Source: Vicugna vicugna (Eukaryota). From it: 64,000 bases of DNA. Shown here piece by piece: positions 27,251-42,611 of this stretch. The stretch is from positions 429,721 to 493,720 of the forward strand of contig MU058441.1 in the NCBI GenBank assembly GCA_013265495.1, in the 5' to 3' direction. Within the stretch, counting starts at the first letter, position 1; the number at the start of each line of letters is the position of its first letter. Below the pieces are notes generated by a model. The model had not been told where the DNA came from, searched no databases, and was given only the letters and a program-made list of their open reading frames with translations. The position numbers were made by a program, and so were the translations under genes.

Positions 27251-29099
27251 TCCCGGGGTCCCCAGGCCTTTCGGAGAGCTAGGCGGAAGAGGAGGTGGGT
27301 CGGTCTTCCAATGGAGGGGAAAGTCTCTGCTTTTCTTGGCTGGGCCCCAGGGAGCACGTAGTGTCCTGCTGCTAGACCCGGTATGGCCAGTAGGTTTTCA
27401 GTTCCTGCTTTCGACCTCATTTGAGCCCAGTGTTTTAGTAAATGACCTGAGGTCCCCCAGGCTTCCTAGAACCGGAAAAGTAGCAGTTCAAAGACTTGCA
27501 CCCCAGACCTCAACCTGCTTTCCAACATGGCTAGGTTAAGACCCCAGGCACACCAGATACAGGGGGAGGCCCCGCTGAGGCAGGGCAGTGAAAACCTTTT
27601 GTCCAACGTTCACAGTGGGTGCAGAGAATGTTAGGATCCAGGTGTCAGGGTACAGTGTGGAGTAACTTAGGGACACAGCATCCATGGGCAGTTCCCCTGG
27701 ACTTTGTTCCCTTCCAGGTGAACACAACCTCTTCCCCTTCCATATGTTCCAGGTTAATTTTTTATTTTTTAAAAGTTTAATTTTTTAAAATTGAAGTATA
27801 GTCAGTTTACAGTGTGTCAATTTCTGCAGTACAGCATAAATGTTTCAGTCATACTTATATATATTCGTGTTCATATTCTTTTTCACTGTAGTTTAATACA
27901 AGATATTAAATATAGTTCCCTGTTCTATACAGAAGAAATCAGGTTCATTTTTATTCTGGCCTTACTGACCCTGGTACCTGCTTCCCCCATCTGAAGCTTT
28001 TTTCAGTTTTCTTCTAAGAAATTAGATGCAAGGTTTTTATTAGTTATGAAGTTCTACTTCTTTCATCTTCTTTCTAGTCTTTATCCTGCTCCCCCCAGCT
28101 ATTTCCTGGTCCTTTGTGGCTCTCTGGGCAGGAAACCAGGGAGCTATGGAGGGGCCAGTGCTGGTTAGGGACTTCGTAAACATCAGAAGATGTTCAGGCC
28201 TCATGCTCTGCCACCCACACAGGAACCAGGTGCAGCCTCTTGCAGGTCCCTATCTAGGTCTTCTTGGCCAAATCATTATAAGCTTTTGGCCCCCAGTGGA
28301 TGTGTCTGTTGGCCTGGGATAGGTCAGGGCAAGGTAAATCTGCTTTCTTGAGCCAGACCCTCAAAAATGACTTGATGTGTGGTTACTCGGCGAGTGGGGG
28401 AGCATAAGAGGGATTCCAGTCCTGCCTTCTAGCCTCCAAACTTCTGGAAGTGTCTCATCCTTACAGTGTGCTTTCTTCTTATCTTCTGGGCCCACTGCTG
28501 CCTACATCCTCTGTGCTCAGGGCTGGTGTCTGTCACATGCTGGACCCTAGTTTCCTCCAGTTCGGGGGGGTCCCCTTATCCTGTAATACTTAGACTATCT
28601 CATGTCCCCATCTTACGTAGTAGCTGAATCTGGTTTTCCATACACACCCTTCAAGGGTCACTTTGGCCTAGAAAAGAGAGTTTGCTTCACACCTATTTCC
28701 AGAACCCATCTAGACTTCAGCCTGCTTCTCTGCTGTTTCGTGACAACTTTTCTGCCCATTCTAGTATCCCTCGAGGTCACGCAGCAGAGGCAGGGTGAGG
28801 CGGGGAACGAATGACTAAGAGCTATAATCCAAGCCACTACATAGGCTAAAGGGGTTAATGTTTAAAATATTTAGAACAATGCCTGACACTAGCCTCTGTA
28901 TGTATCCGCTGCCATTATTCTATTTACAGACTGGAAACAATTTCCAGTTGAATGTCAGCAGCATTCCTTCTGGAAATTCCTCCGCCATTCCCCACCTCAT
29001 ACTGTTTCTCCATGTCCCTCCACAGACCCCAGCCTCCCATTTAGGGATCTTGCTCCTCAAGACCCTTCCAGTTTTTTTTTTTCTTTTTTCAGCACATGC

Positions 29100-31200
29100 A
29101 TTATGCTGAGGAACAGAATTTAAAACAGAATTGCCCAACCCAGAAAAACCCCTAAAACCCCTCCACAAAGGTTGCAGAGGAAAGAAAACAGTTGTATAAT
29201 TGAATAAGCATTCCCAGAATGTGATATGCGTCACAGGCCATCCGCTAAGAGACTGTAAAGATAAAGTAGTCCTTTTATAAAGCAGTACAGCCAAGAGGTG
29301 CAGCTGTCACACATATGCCCTCAAGATAAACAGTAAACTAGTCCTCAAAGTAAGAGGCTTGACCGCACCGTTTGTCACACACAGTTCATCCTAACTTTAC
29401 CTGGTAACTGGTGAGCCTCTGGGTTACTAGTAGGCTTAATCATAGGACTAAGTTCTTGTATCTTTATGATAGGAGATAGTTTTGCAACTTGGTGGAAGGA
29501 GCCTACCTCAGTTAAGGTCCTACCCTCCCACTGAAACTGGGAGATGGGGGTGCTACCTCCTGAAATTTCCATTTGAAAGAGATGGCTCTTGGCGGGGGGC
29601 CTTGGGAGTGACATTCCTGGGTCAAAAACCAGCAAGAGGCTGGTTTAGCTTCTGAAAAGATTTCCACACATTTCAAAGAGGCACAGGAAGAACTTGTAGC
29701 TACAAGTTTTCTAAAGTTAATGCTCCAAAAAAAATAAAAATAAAATAAATAAAAATAAAGCTAATGTGCTAAGAAAAGGGGGAAAGAGGAAGAAGTTTAT
29801 TATTTTCAGCAGGGAGAATGAAGCTGCTTATTTGTCTTCACAATTACCATTTTGTTGTGTACCTATGCCCCGGGAAGGACCAGGGCCTTGGCCTTGCCAG
29901 GCCCTTCACGGTGGGGAGGCCCAGGTGTGCACACCAGAGCCAGACTCTCTCTTCTTCCAGACTCCCAGGGCCCTGTTCTGCAACCCACATTCCCATGACC
30001 TCTCTCTGCAGAACAACTTAACTGGATTAAAGCTTCTCTCACCAAGGGGTGTGGGAAAGAGGGATGGACCTTGGCTTTCAAGCCAAAAAGTCTTGCTTAA
30101 GTGTTCTAATCACAAGGATAATTTCATCCTCTTCCTTTCCTCTGTGCCAGGGTGGCTCAAACTGCAGTCGGTTAGAGGATAACTCAGTTGTCCCCTCTGC
30201 ATGAATCTTTGGAACCCATACTTGGCACAGGGCTATAGACATTTGTATTTGTTCCTTGAGGGCAAATTAAACACACAAACACGGCATTATAAACTGTGTA
30301 GCTTCGAACCAAACATAGGATCTGATTTCAGGGCCGACGCTGTAGCACATGTTTTCCATTGAGTCATTTGAGGTCCCACCTGCCCCTGTTTGCACGAAGC
30401 CCAGCACTTTCCTCTCTGAGTGGTGTTACTTGCTTCTGTTCTTGTTCAGTGGTCGATTGCGGGAACATTGTTCCTGCACATACTATGGGTCATTTTCTGG
30501 TGCTGCAGGGACCACTGCACAGGCCACGACAGTGACGCACACTTGGGCTTCCCAACGCCTGTTCGCACAGGCTTGGGCAAGGGCCCCAAGCATGACTGGT
30601 GCCAGGGGCCTGGGTCAGGCCCATGTCCAGCCTCAGCCGCTTAAACCTTTAGACATTGGTGTTGAACCTGGTCCTTTAACCAGAGAACTTTGCTCACAGA
30701 GGGTTCCCTTTTGGTTCTTTCCTGCTGATGGGTCTCTATTGGAACTGATACAGGAAAAAATGTGAGGCAAGAGGATGGCTGTGTCCCAGGTCTCGGATGA
30801 GCCCCTGGGATGTGCGTCACCAAGTGTGGGTCCTTGGCTTCTCACAGGAAAGAATTCAAGAGTGAGCCACAGTTGAGTAAGGCTAGATTTATTTAGAGAG
30901 ATACATACTCCATAGACAGAGTGTGGGCTGTTTCAGAAGGCAAGAGAAAGGCCAGGAGGTGTGGGGGTTGGGTGCTCAGTTTAAAGTAGTTTCACTCCAT
31001 AGGCAGAGCGCGGGCCACCTCACTCAGAAGTGCGAGTGGCCATGAGGGGTGGGGCGGTTAGTTTTTATGGGCGTGGGAGCTTCATATGCTACCAAGTGGG
31101 AGGATTATTCCAACTACTCTGGAGAAGGGGCTGGGATTCCCAGGAATCCAACATCCAACCCCTGGCCTCTCTTTTTCAGGACTGAACTGCAAGGCCAGAC
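29100..31200 (-). mobile_element. Degraded LTR/ERV-derived block upstream of ALOX12
   Basis: LTR-like motifs near 29170-29750 and 30790-31150 (GGAAAGAATTCAAGAGTGAGCCA...TTTATTTAGAGAGATACA); no intact retroviral ORF. Family not assigned. Confidence 0.5.
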
Positions 31201-31967
31201 CCACAGCATTTTGGGCTTTTTACTCCATCTTGGAGAAACAACGGTTAAGGGACAAATGAGTTGTGGGGTCCATCAGAGGAGAAATTCCACTCCTTCTCTG
31301 GGACCCCTGCCAGCATCCCCCAAACCATCCCAAACTCTGTTTATCTTTCTCTTTTTTTCTGATAATCCTACATTACTCAAAATTTTTAATTCACACTGAT
31401 TTCTAGATAATCTTTTATTTTTTATTGAAGTATAGTCAGTTATAATGTGTCAGTTTCTGGTGTACAGCACAATATCCCAGTCATGCATCTATACATACAC
31501 ATATATTCATTTTCATATTCTTTTTCATTAAAGGTTATTACAAGATATTGAATATAGTTCCCTATGCTATATAGAAGAAATTTTTTAAAATCTATTTTTA
31601 TATATAGTGGTTAACATTTGTAAATCTCAAACTCCCACATATATCCCTTCCCACCCTCTTTTCCCTGGTAACTGTAAGATTGTTTACTGTGTCTGTGAGT
31701 TTCTTTCGGTTTTGTAGATGAGTTCATTAGTGTCCTTTTTTTCTTTTTCTTTTTCTTTTAGATTCCACAAATGAGTGATATCCTATTGTATTTTTCTTTC
31801 TGTTTCTGGCTTACTTCACTTAGAATAACCTAGATAATTTTCATGTCTTGCCTGCCGCCTGTGATCTCTTTGCTCCATCTTGTGCTGAACCATATTTAAA
31901 AGCTATCACTAACCCAGAGCGGATCCATGTAACAGATTTGTACTGAAGGTTTGAGAGGGCAATAGCC

Positions 31968-32370
31968 AGGGTGGGGAATAGGGTGAGGCGAGTGAGGCAC
32001 TTACCTTGGGAGCAACATTTAAAGTGTCCCCCCAAAACCTGGTCATCACGGTAAATAATATTTTAATGCAATATTTGAAAAGATCAAAATTAATGCAAAA
32101 ATTCACAGTAAACAAAAATATCAAAAATTAAAAAATTTTTTGTTGGTTTATAATCATTTTACAATGTTGTGTCAAATTCCAGTGTAGAGAACAATTTTTC
32201 AGTCATACATGAACATATATATATTCATTGTCACATTTTTCCCTCTGTGAGCTACCATCAGATCTTGTGTATATTTCCCTGTGCGGTACAGTGTAATCTT
32301 GTTTATCTATTTTACAGTTTTGAAATCCCATCTATCCCTCAAAATTTTAAATAAAGACAAGATCAGTTGT
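31968..32370. mobile_element. MER96B-like DNA transposon interrupted by a young antisense L1 3' fragment (about 32135-32338)
   Basis: CAGGG...AGGGTGAGGCGAGTGAGGCACTT...TAATATTTTAATGCAATATTT...ATCAAAA [L1 fragment] CAAAATTTTAAATAAAGACAAGATC. Confidence 0.6.
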
Positions 32371-35163
32371 AAGACTGAATATTAGCCATCTACGTATATT
32401 CTCCACATTTTTTTTGCCATTTTCTGCCACCAGAAATCTCTCTCTGGTTGGCTTGATCCCCAGCACCCCCATACCCAACTCAGGATTAATGGGGGCCATT
32501 TGTGGGCTTCTCATGCAGATTTTTCAATCAGTCCTACTGTGTTCAGCTTTACCTGCACCGCTATCTTCGGGGATCACTGATACTCCAGTTGCTGAGCCTT
32601 TCTGGGTATCTGTGCTCACTGGCCCACATGTATGTACCCTGTAGTCATCTGCCCTTTAACTTTCTCTGGTCTGCCAAGTTAATTACCACTTGTCCATCTG
32701 CTTTAAGCTTCCAAAATATGGACATGATCTGTTATCTACTCTTATCTCCATTCTCTTTGTAGTTATGCTTTTTAAAAAATTCCTTGCCTGTTGTTTTAGT
32801 GGAGGGAGGAATGAGAGCAAAGAAAGGAGCAGAGATTCAATCCTTCATGATTAATTGCAAGAACATTCTTTGTTTCAATAGCGCCATTCTTTCACTTGTT
32901 TCCAGTCTCTCCTTCTTTAGCTTTTACATAGATGTTGGAACTTCCGGATTTTTTCCCCCATGTCCCTCAGTGTCTCTTCCTCACTTTATGAAGTCCCATT
33001 TCTGTGTTTTGTACTTTGAGAGAATCCCTTGGCTGGATCTTCAACTCACATATTCATTCTTTAGCTGTGGCCATTCTGCTACTGATTTTTTTTTAAACAC
33101 TGCCGCTGGTGTTATTCTCCGAGGAGCCTCTTTTCATATGAGGCAAATATAGACATTCAGAAAAAGAATTAAACTCCCATGTGCCATGGAACAATGTTTT
33201 CCCGTGCAGAATCCTGCTGCTGGTCCCAGGAGAGAGGGACAAGAATTAGAGGTTTGTATGCACCATCTTCAGGCTGCAGAGGTAACTGTGTGATGACTGG
33301 AGGTGGTTAAACCAACGACACGTGGATCCTCGTTGCTGCAGTAACAGATGAGCCCCAGTCCTCTGTGGTTTGCAACAGCAAAGGTTCATTTCTGTCCTCT
33401 GTGGCTTTGCTGGACTCTGCTCCATAAGTCTTCTTTATTTGGGATACAGGCTGAAGGAGCAGCCCTTATTTTCAACATGCTGTTCTCATGGCAAAAGGCT
33501 TCTCTTTAAATGTGGAAGGAGTCATATCCATTTCCAGTCTATTGGCCAAAGCAAGCTACACGGCCAAGCCTTAGGTCAAGAGCACAGGGCTGTATATTTC
33601 TCCTCTCAGAGGAGTCACTAAGTCTATGGAAATGGACAGGAAGGGCAATTCTTTCATAGGAAGGGAGAGTGAAGAGTTGAGACCAGTATTATGATCTACC
33701 CACCACCCCAGTTCTATATTCCTGGAGCCTAAGAAACATCAAACTACTTCCCATCCTTAGGAGAAGGAAGGATTGAGAAAGCAAATGTATAGAATACTGT
33801 AATAGTCTCTCTCTCTTTTTTTAATTTGGTGAGGGGGTAATTAGGTTTATGTATTTATTTTTTAATGGAGGTACTGGGAATTGAACCCAGGACTTCGTGC
33901 ATGCTAAGCACGTGCTCTACCACTGAGCTATACCCTCTCCCCTCCCTGCCCAGAATACTGTCATAGTCTCTTAAAACAAGGATAGAAAAGTCAAGAACAC
34001 AGGATGTGGGTAGACTTAACATCTCTTCCTCCATTTTTCTCTTCGGGGGTTTTTTTTTTTTAACTTTTGAAGTATAGTCAGTTACAATGTGTCAGTTTCT
34101 GGTGTACAGCACAATGTCCCAGTTATGCATATACATACATAGATTCCTTTTCATGTTCTTTTTCATTACATTTTTCTCTCTGGAAGTTAAGAAGGCGTGG
34201 ACGGCAAAGTCACAGCTGTCAAAGAGTGTGGCCTTTCTGCTATTGATTTTTTTTTTCTGCTATTGATTTTTAATCTCAACAGTTCGACTTTTTAATTTCC
34301 TAGTTCTCAAATTGCTTCATTTAAAAACTTCCATTTTGTATTTATTCTCACTGGAAGTTGGAAGTGGGTGGGATGTGTTGCTGGTGAGGTACCAGGGAAG
34401 TCGGAGTACAGAGTGTGATTACTCCGTATTCCCTGTGGATGGCTTCCAGCTGGCCCACCCCTCAGGGTCTTGTTTCCTCCTGAGGGAGAGGAATATATTC
34501 CTCTCTCCCTCTGTTCTGGCTGATGTTCTAGCTACAGTTCTCCATTTCAGTCTAATCTAGCATGATATCTTTTAGCAAGTTCTCTCTTTCTATTCTACCA
34601 GCCATTCACTTTCTAATTTTGGAGCATAGTTATCAATTTATTTACAATGTATTTCCTATTGTTTCTATGCGTATAGTTTGTAGGAGGGTAGACCCCAGTA
34701 TCTATAGGTCTACCATCTTGTAATCAGTACTGGATATTTATTCTGTAGCAAATCCCCTTGGAGTGATGACCAAAAAGATATTTGAAAACAGTCTTGTGAT
34801 TCTCAATCTATGGATTAAAGAAGCAAAAAGTAGTTTAACCAATATATCCTGCTTTACCAGTTTGTTGCAAAATTAGATTACACTCCTTTCAGTATTTAGA
34901 TTAAGCTATTTTTCACTTCCACCCTGCCTATTAGAATGTGTTCTTTTTCTTCCTCCCAGATCCTTTTTCCATGATGATCGTTAACAGTTCTGTAGTATTT
35001 ACTTTGGGCCAGACATTCTTCTAAGTGCTTTTTATAGATAGTAGCTTGTAGTAACTTCAGACTCCTCAGGGAAGCTTTTTAAGTGTAATGAGTTAGTGCT
35101 TGTTATTATTGTCTTGAGGTGAACAAAATCTGAAAGCCTGCTCATTCTGCCAGATTCCTGGGG

Positions 35164-35189
35164 GTGTGTGTGTGTGTGTGTGTGTGTGT
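35164..35189. repeat. (TG)n microsatellite
   Basis: Directly visible. Other simple repeats: (GA)n at about 42588-42611 and (TTTA)n at about 48224-48262. Confidence 0.9.
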
Positions 35190-37759
35190 TTTGACTGTTG
35201 TTGCTCTTACTCACATACGGGTTGCTGGTGAATTTCAGGCTGCCTAATGATTTTGCTCCTTGTCTACTGATAAATGGCCTGTAGAAAACCTGTCAATGAG
35301 AGTATCACAGCCTCTTGGACAGTGGTTAGTTAAGAGGTGGACACATGGCCCAGGGTGGGCTCATCAGAGCCAAAGACACTTATTTTGGGAACTTTAATGG
35401 AAATGGAGAGAATGAAGTCTTTGTGTTTCCACCATGGCTCCCAAACCTGTAGACTATAGGTCTGTTGACTGCATTGGCCTCCACTTGGAGAAAACCTACC
35501 AGAGCATAGAGCCAACACAGAGGAAAGGAAAGCCAGTCATGGAGGGAGAGAGAGAGACTGAGTCCTGATGATATTGTTTGAACCCTGTGATCCAGCCACA
35601 TCTGAGGTCAGACTGCTCCTGACTTTTCAAATTGTAGAAACCAATAAATGTCTTTTTCTTGTTTGAAAAGTACTTTGAATGGACTTTATGTTATACGTGT
35701 ACAAAGAATCCTAAATAATGTAGGGGGTAAGGCAGTGATACAGTCTGTAGGCTAGAACACCCGGGCACCTGTGGTCTGGGTCCAAGAGATAGTGACTTAG
35801 AACAATGTGCCAGCCCATGAGTGGCGTTCTCCCCAGGCAGCCTAGGATCTATGTAAGTGAGTTTGGATGTGGATTTCTTGCTCTCTTCCTAGGGTCCTCT
35901 TCCAGGCAGGACCTTCTCCTCTCAGGGGTGGCGGCCTGGCATCTCCTGGTTATTTTCCTATTTCTAGAACCTCTTGGGGTGAGTCAGTTAGTTGAAAAGC
36001 CACTGCATCTGGGTGTGGGAAGACTCCCCAGTGACTGACCTTATATTTTCACTTTGACTCATGATTTAATATTTCCTTTTTCCTCTTATGTGTAATTGGA
36101 AGTAGAAATTCTGTTTGTTTTTTTTTCCTGGAGAACTGCTTTTGGGGGGTGGGGGTGTTCAGTTTTGTTCTGCTGCCTGCTGAGTTTGGGAGGGGTGGCA
36201 AGACAGTTCTGTCCACCAGGTCACCTAGAGGAGATACTTTAGGTCTCCTTGATTTAGTGTCTCCCACTCAGTTTGCATGCGTTCACAGGTAACATTCCAA
36301 GTCTTTCCATCACTAGATAGGGCATCTGTCCACTGGTCAGCTAGTTTATGTTACTTTATAGTAACATTTGTTATCTTTTCCATAGTTCCTGGCACCTGGA
36401 AGCATTTTTTGTGAGACGCAGCAATACTTAACCGATATGCTTGAGGTGGGGTGTATTTTAAGTGTGGTCTTCTATATCTCCCTTTCACAAATCCACTCTA
36501 AAGCATCCATCTACGAGCAGTTGTGGTCTCCACCTAGCATCCAAAAGTGGCATGTAAAGCCAGTGACATTGTTAAGGTTTTACCAATTCATGTTTCAAAA
36601 ATGTCAACTCCTGCTCAGGTCAGCATCAGCCAATTTTTTCTTTAATTCAGTGATTAATTTTTATAAAAGAATAGTTTTTTTAAGATAAACTTTACATTTT
36701 AGAATAGTTTTAGATTTACAGGGAGATTGTGTAAAGAGTACAGAGATTTTTGTTGTCAAGATTTTGACGTTTGTTGGAAAACTTTTTAATTGGGAGTTCT
36801 CTCTTGAGTTATTTGGTGGTGGCTGTGTACTTCTGGATACTGACTAAGCCGACTCTTTCAGGCGGTGGCTGGATCTCAGTCTCTCTTTCATAATCAGAGT
36901 GGGTTATATCAAGAAATCCTCTTGTTGAATAATCATTTCCCCCTCATTATATTCGTGCAGATGTGGTCACTTTCTGGTTTCAGGTGGGATACGCCTCTAC
37001 ACAGTTGGTGAATTAACTGATCAACACAAATAGGTCTTTAAGGTTCCACCTCTCAGTCTTTGAGGGTAATATGAAGGTATACAACTTAGGAATATTACTT
37101 TGGAGGATATATACAGACAAAGGGTCGGTGTTAGCAAGATTTGTGTGTCCATTTTGGGTATCACAATTGGATCTGACTTTCTCAGCCACCTTATACTCAA
37201 ATGGCCATATTTTATAACAAAAACATACCATTGAATATTTTATTATACATTAAAATATTTTCTTCTTTTGTTATTCATCGTTATATGATTTGACGACCTT
37301 TTTTGTTTTATTGTGAAGTGATTTTTTTCCCTTTTTCAGTTTTATTAGGTAGAATTATTACAGTTTGACCGCATATATACATTGTATTGCATGTAAATAC
37401 ATATATACAATATACTGCATAATTTTTTTTAGTTTACCTATATGTACTGATCGTTGTTTCTAAGAACAGATTAGAGCTTTAATTTTTATAAACTTACATA
37501 GTTATCAAAAGAATAAAGCCAACTATGTAATAAGAATCAACAGAATGTGATAATCCAGTCATAAAGGACAGTCAAATGTGGTTATACATATTCAAGAAAT
37601 CAGACATCTAAGTTATAAATAATAAGCAGTTCATTTGTGTCCTTATTTTTCTTTTTTTTTAGATTCCACATATAGGTGATATCATATGGCATTTTTCTTT
37701 CTCTTTCTGGTCCACTTGTGAAGTGATTTTAAATCAACTTTAATAAGGTATCATTTATG

Positions 37760-40700
37760 TACAATAAAATGCATTTATCGTAAATATACATTCCCATGAG
37801 TTTTGACCTTATATCTCTGACCATGAAAATATATGCAACATTTTCATTACCCCACAGTGTTCTTTTGTGCCCCACACCAGTCAGCCTCCTTGGCCCCACT
37901 GGTTTGCTTTCTGTTACCATGGGTTGAATTTGTCTTTTCTAGAGTCATATAAATAGTATCATATATACTGTTTTGTTTAGGTGGCTTTTTCTACTCAGCA
38001 TAATGTCTTTGTGATTCATCTACATTATTATGGGTATCAGTAGTTCATTCCTTTTTCAAAACTTTGTATTTTGAAATATTTAAAATATTCACAGGAAATT
38101 GCAAAGGTCGGACAAAGAAGTCCCACGTGCATCTTAACGTTGACTACAGTACAAGATCGAAACCCGGAAACTGATTCTGGTACCATGGGTGTGTATAGTC
38201 TTATGCCATTCTTCATGCGTGTGGATCTGTGTAACCACCGTTGCAAATGAGATACAAAACAATTCCACTAGCCGAAAGATCTCCCTGGTTTCACATTCTC
38301 TCTTCTCCCCTCAACATCCCTGACCCTAGGCATCGACTAATTTGTTCTCCATCTCTGTAATTTTGTCATTTCTAGAATATTATGTAAATGGAGTCATAGT
38401 ATGTAGCCTTTTGTGATTGGCTTTTTTTTTTCCCATTCAGCATGATGTTCTTGCATATAGTGGAATCATGTTTTTTAATCTACTGTGCCAACCCCCTAGG
38501 CCTCCTCTGACTCTGGTTGGTGGCGGGAGGGTGGTGGATGTTGGATGGAGATGGAAGTTTATGATCTCCATGTGATCTCTCCCCTGACATTTTGGAAGGG
38601 AAGCCCCATCAATACCAAGTGGGGATGAAAGTCCTAGATCTCCACCCACTCTTCTCTGAGACCACCCCCAGCAAGGGGCAGTTAGAGGTGCCTTATTCCA
38701 GCCAGGCAAGAATGGAAGTCAGGGCTCCCCGTGTAGCATTTACCGATGGCGTGGTGATGGGTCTGTGATTCTTTCCATGGTGTTTGGCTGGGATAGAGTG
38801 ATTACATCTTAAAGTTTTCTGTCTTGCTGGTTTGTTCCTTTCCTCTTCCTTTTCCCAGAGGGATTTCTTGAGGATTCTTTTGTTTGTGCCCACTGGTGTT
38901 CCCAGGTTGGCAGCTTCTCCAGCACCTGGATATATAAGGCAAAAAGAAAACCCAGGGAACTCACTGCCATGTTTTTCCCGAGGTCCTAAGTTCCCTACCT
39001 GGTCTACCTTCTTATCTCTACCTTTTAGAGTCTTCTTATGTTTGTTATATATATCACGTCCATAGTTTTTAGCTGTACTTAGGAAGTATAGAAGGAAGTG
39101 TATCTATTTCATCTTCATTTCATCCCTTTGCTTTTGTTCTTGTTTTTTTGCTGAGTAATGGTCCATTGTGTTGCAGTACCACATTTGTTTGCCTAATTAC
39201 CTGTTGATGCACACTTGGATTGTTTCCAGTTTTTGGCTTTATGAATAACGCTGCTTTGAATATGATTTACCACTTCTAAGAATATACATCATCAAGTCTT
39301 TGTGTGAACACATTTTCATTTCTCTTGGATAAAAACCTAGGGGTGGAATTGCTGAGTCATATGGTAAATATATGTTTAACTTTATAAGAAACTGTCAAAC
39401 TGTTTTCCAAAGTAGTTGTACCATTTTACTTTCCCAACAGCAATGCTCTTCATCCTCACCAACACTTGGTATTGACAGTCTTTTAAGTTTTAGTCATTCT
39501 CATTTTAATTTGCTTTTTTCTGGTGACTGACGTTGTTGAACATCCTTTCATGTGTCTATTTGCCATTTGCATATCTTTGGTAATGTGTCTGTTAAAATAT
39601 TTGGCCTATTTTGTTTTATTGGGTTGTCTGTCTTCTTATTATGGAGTTGTAAAAGTCCTTTGTATATTCTGGATACAAGTTGTTTATTAGATATATGTTT
39701 TACAGATATTTTCTTCTAGTCTGTGGCTTGTCTCTTCATTGTCTTAACGGTGTCTTTTGAATGAAACAAGTTTTACATTTTGATGAAATCTGATGAAGTC
39801 TTATCAATTTTTTTCTTTTGTAGTTGATTTTTTTTGATCCTACCTAAGAAAACTTTACCCAAGCCAGAATAAAGAAAAAATTCTCCTATATTTATGTCTG
39901 AAAGTGTTACAGTTTCAATTTTTATATTGCAGTTTATAATTTATTTTGAGTTATCTTTGTATATGGTATGAGGTAAGGGTTGAGATCCATTCTTTTGTAT
40001 ATGGATACCCAATTATTTCAGCATCTTTTGTTGAAAAGACTAATCTTTTGTTGAAAAGACTGACCTAAATTACCTCAGAACCTTTGTTGATCAATTGACC
40101 TTATATGTGTGGGTCTATATCTGCACTCTTTGTCTACTATGCCAATATCATACTGCTAATAATATATAATACTGTTTCATATATTAATATATATTAATAT
40201 GTAATAGTAGAGTAGCTTAGCTTTATAGTTAGCTAGTTCCGTAGTAAGTCTTGAAGGTTCAGGTAGTTTAAGTCCTCCAACTTTGTTCTTAGTTTTCCAA
40301 ATTGTTTTGGATATTCTAGATACTTTACATTTCTATTTTATTTGAGATTCGGTGTGTCCATTTCTACAAAATAGCTGTCTGGTACTGCGCTAATCTATAG
40401 ATCAATTTAGGGAGAACTGACATCTTGTTTTTTAAACTTTTTTAATTGAGTTATAGTCATTTTACAATGTTGTGTCAAATTCCAGTGTAGAGCACAATTT
40501 TTCAGTTATACATGAACATGCATATATTCATTGCCACATTTTTTTTCGCTGTGGGCTACCACAAGATCTTGTATATATTTCCCTGTGCTATACCGTATAA
40601 TCTTGTTTATCTATTCTACATATGCTTGTCTAGGAAGAACTGATGTCTTAACATCTTAACTATATTGAGTCTGCTGATCTGTGAACATGGTATACCTCTC

Positions 40701-40760
40701 CATTTATGTAGGTGTTCTTTAATATTTCTCACAATGTTTGTAGATTTAAATTTTCAGTTT
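37760..40760 (-). mobile_element. Old L1M ORF2/3'UTR fragments with a nested young L1 3' end (about 40435-40625)
   Basis: Antisense L1 motifs such as GGAATTGCTGAGTCATATGGTAAATATATGTTTAACTTTATAAGAAACTGTCAAACTGTTTTCCAAAG; heavily degraded. Confidence 0.75.
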
Positions 40761-41684
40761 TGGTCATGTCTTGTAATTCTGAGACCAGTTTTCCCTCCTT
40801 CCTTCCTCACTTCCTCTGGCCCCCTTTCTCTCTCTCTTCCTTGCCTCCTCTCTCCCTTCTCTCCTCCCTTTGTTCATTTATCCCTTCCTTCCTTTTAGTC
40901 TTTCATTCTTTTTTCCTTTTTAAATTCAGCTATATAGTACATATTTTGAATCCTTTGGCCATTTCATGAAGTTTATTGAAACTTGAAATCTGTTCTGTAG
41001 ATAAATACAATTAAGTAACCTTAGAATAGAGTTAGCTAGAAGTTGCAGCCAAGCACACAGCACTACTGTGTAGAGAGGCAGTACAGGACACTCATTAAGA
41101 GTACAGGCTATGGATCCAGACATTCTGTGTTTGCAGACCTGGCTTCACCCTTACTAGATGTGTGACTCAGGAAAGTTATTTCATCTTCTTTGTGCTTCAA
41201 CTTCTTTATTTGTAAAATTGTAAAAATTCTGGAGGAGCCAGAGCTGTATAATAAATGGGAGAGGAAGGAAGGGAAAAAGAAGGAAGAAAATATTTGAAGA
41301 TGCAGCCCACTACCTCCATTTTCCTTTTTGCAGGGTTTCTGAGTCTCAGTCAGGCCTGAGCAGGGGGAAAGTGTATAAGCTTTGAATTAGATAAAAATGC
41401 AAATCTGATAATAGATTAGACTAGACATTTTAATATCTGAAATTATCATTATTTTAACAACCAAAGTGACACAAAAAGCTATGAAACTTGAATGCTAATT
41501 AAGCAGGTCAATTCAGTTTGTAAAAATTCATTGGACTGTATACACATATGTGTACTTTTCTATATGTACCTTGTATTTCAATAAAAATTTAACAGAAAGC
41601 CACAGGTTGTAATATAATCGAGAGGTATAGAAAGGAGATATTAAACAGCAAGTCCTAGGACGGTGGAGAGTTAAACATAAAGAG

Positions 41685-42579
41685 TTTTTTTTCATGTGCC
41701 TATTGGCCATTTGTATGTCTTCATTGGAGAAATGTTTGGGTCTTTGGCCCATTTTTGGATTGGGTTGTTTGGCTTTTTGTTATTAAGTTGTATGAGCTGT
41801 TTATATATTCTGGAAGTTAAGCCCTTGTCAGTTGCATCATTTGCAAATATTTTCTCCCATTCTGTAGGTTGTCTTTTTTGCTTTATTTATGGTTTCTTTT
41901 GCTCTGCAAAAGCTTGTAAGTTTAATTAGGTCCTATTTGTTTATTTCTATTGCCTCAGTAGACTGCCCTAGGAAAACACTGCTACAATTTGTATTAGAGA
42001 ATGTTTTGCCTATGTTCTCTTCAGGGAGGTTTATGGTGTCTTGTCTTAAGTTTTTAGGCTATTTTGGGTTTATTTTTGTGTATGGTATGAGGGAGTGTTC
42101 TAATTTCATTGAGTTACATGCAGCTGTCAAGCTCTCCCAACACCACTTGTCAAAGAGACCTTTTCTCCATTGTATATTCTTGCCTCCTTTGTCAAGACTT
42201 AATTGACAATATCATTAGTTATCAGAGAAATGTAAATCAAAACTACAATAAGGTATCACCTCAACCGGGGGCCATCATTAGAAAGTCTACAAACAATAAA
42301 TGCTAGAGAGGGTGTGGAGAATGGGAAACCCTTCTGCAATGTTGGTGGGAATGTAGTTTGGTGCAGCCATTATGGAAGATAGTAGGGAGATTCCCTAAAA
42401 AACTGAAAATTTTTTTACCCTATGATCTAGCAATTCCATTCCTGGGCATATACCCAGAGAAAACTCTAATTCAAAAAGACAATGTGCACTCCAGTGTTCA
42501 TAGCATGGAGATGGTCATTCTAAGTGAAGTAAGCCAGAAAGAAAAATACCATATGATATCACTTACATGTGGAATCTAA

Positions 42580-42611
<32 letters not shown>
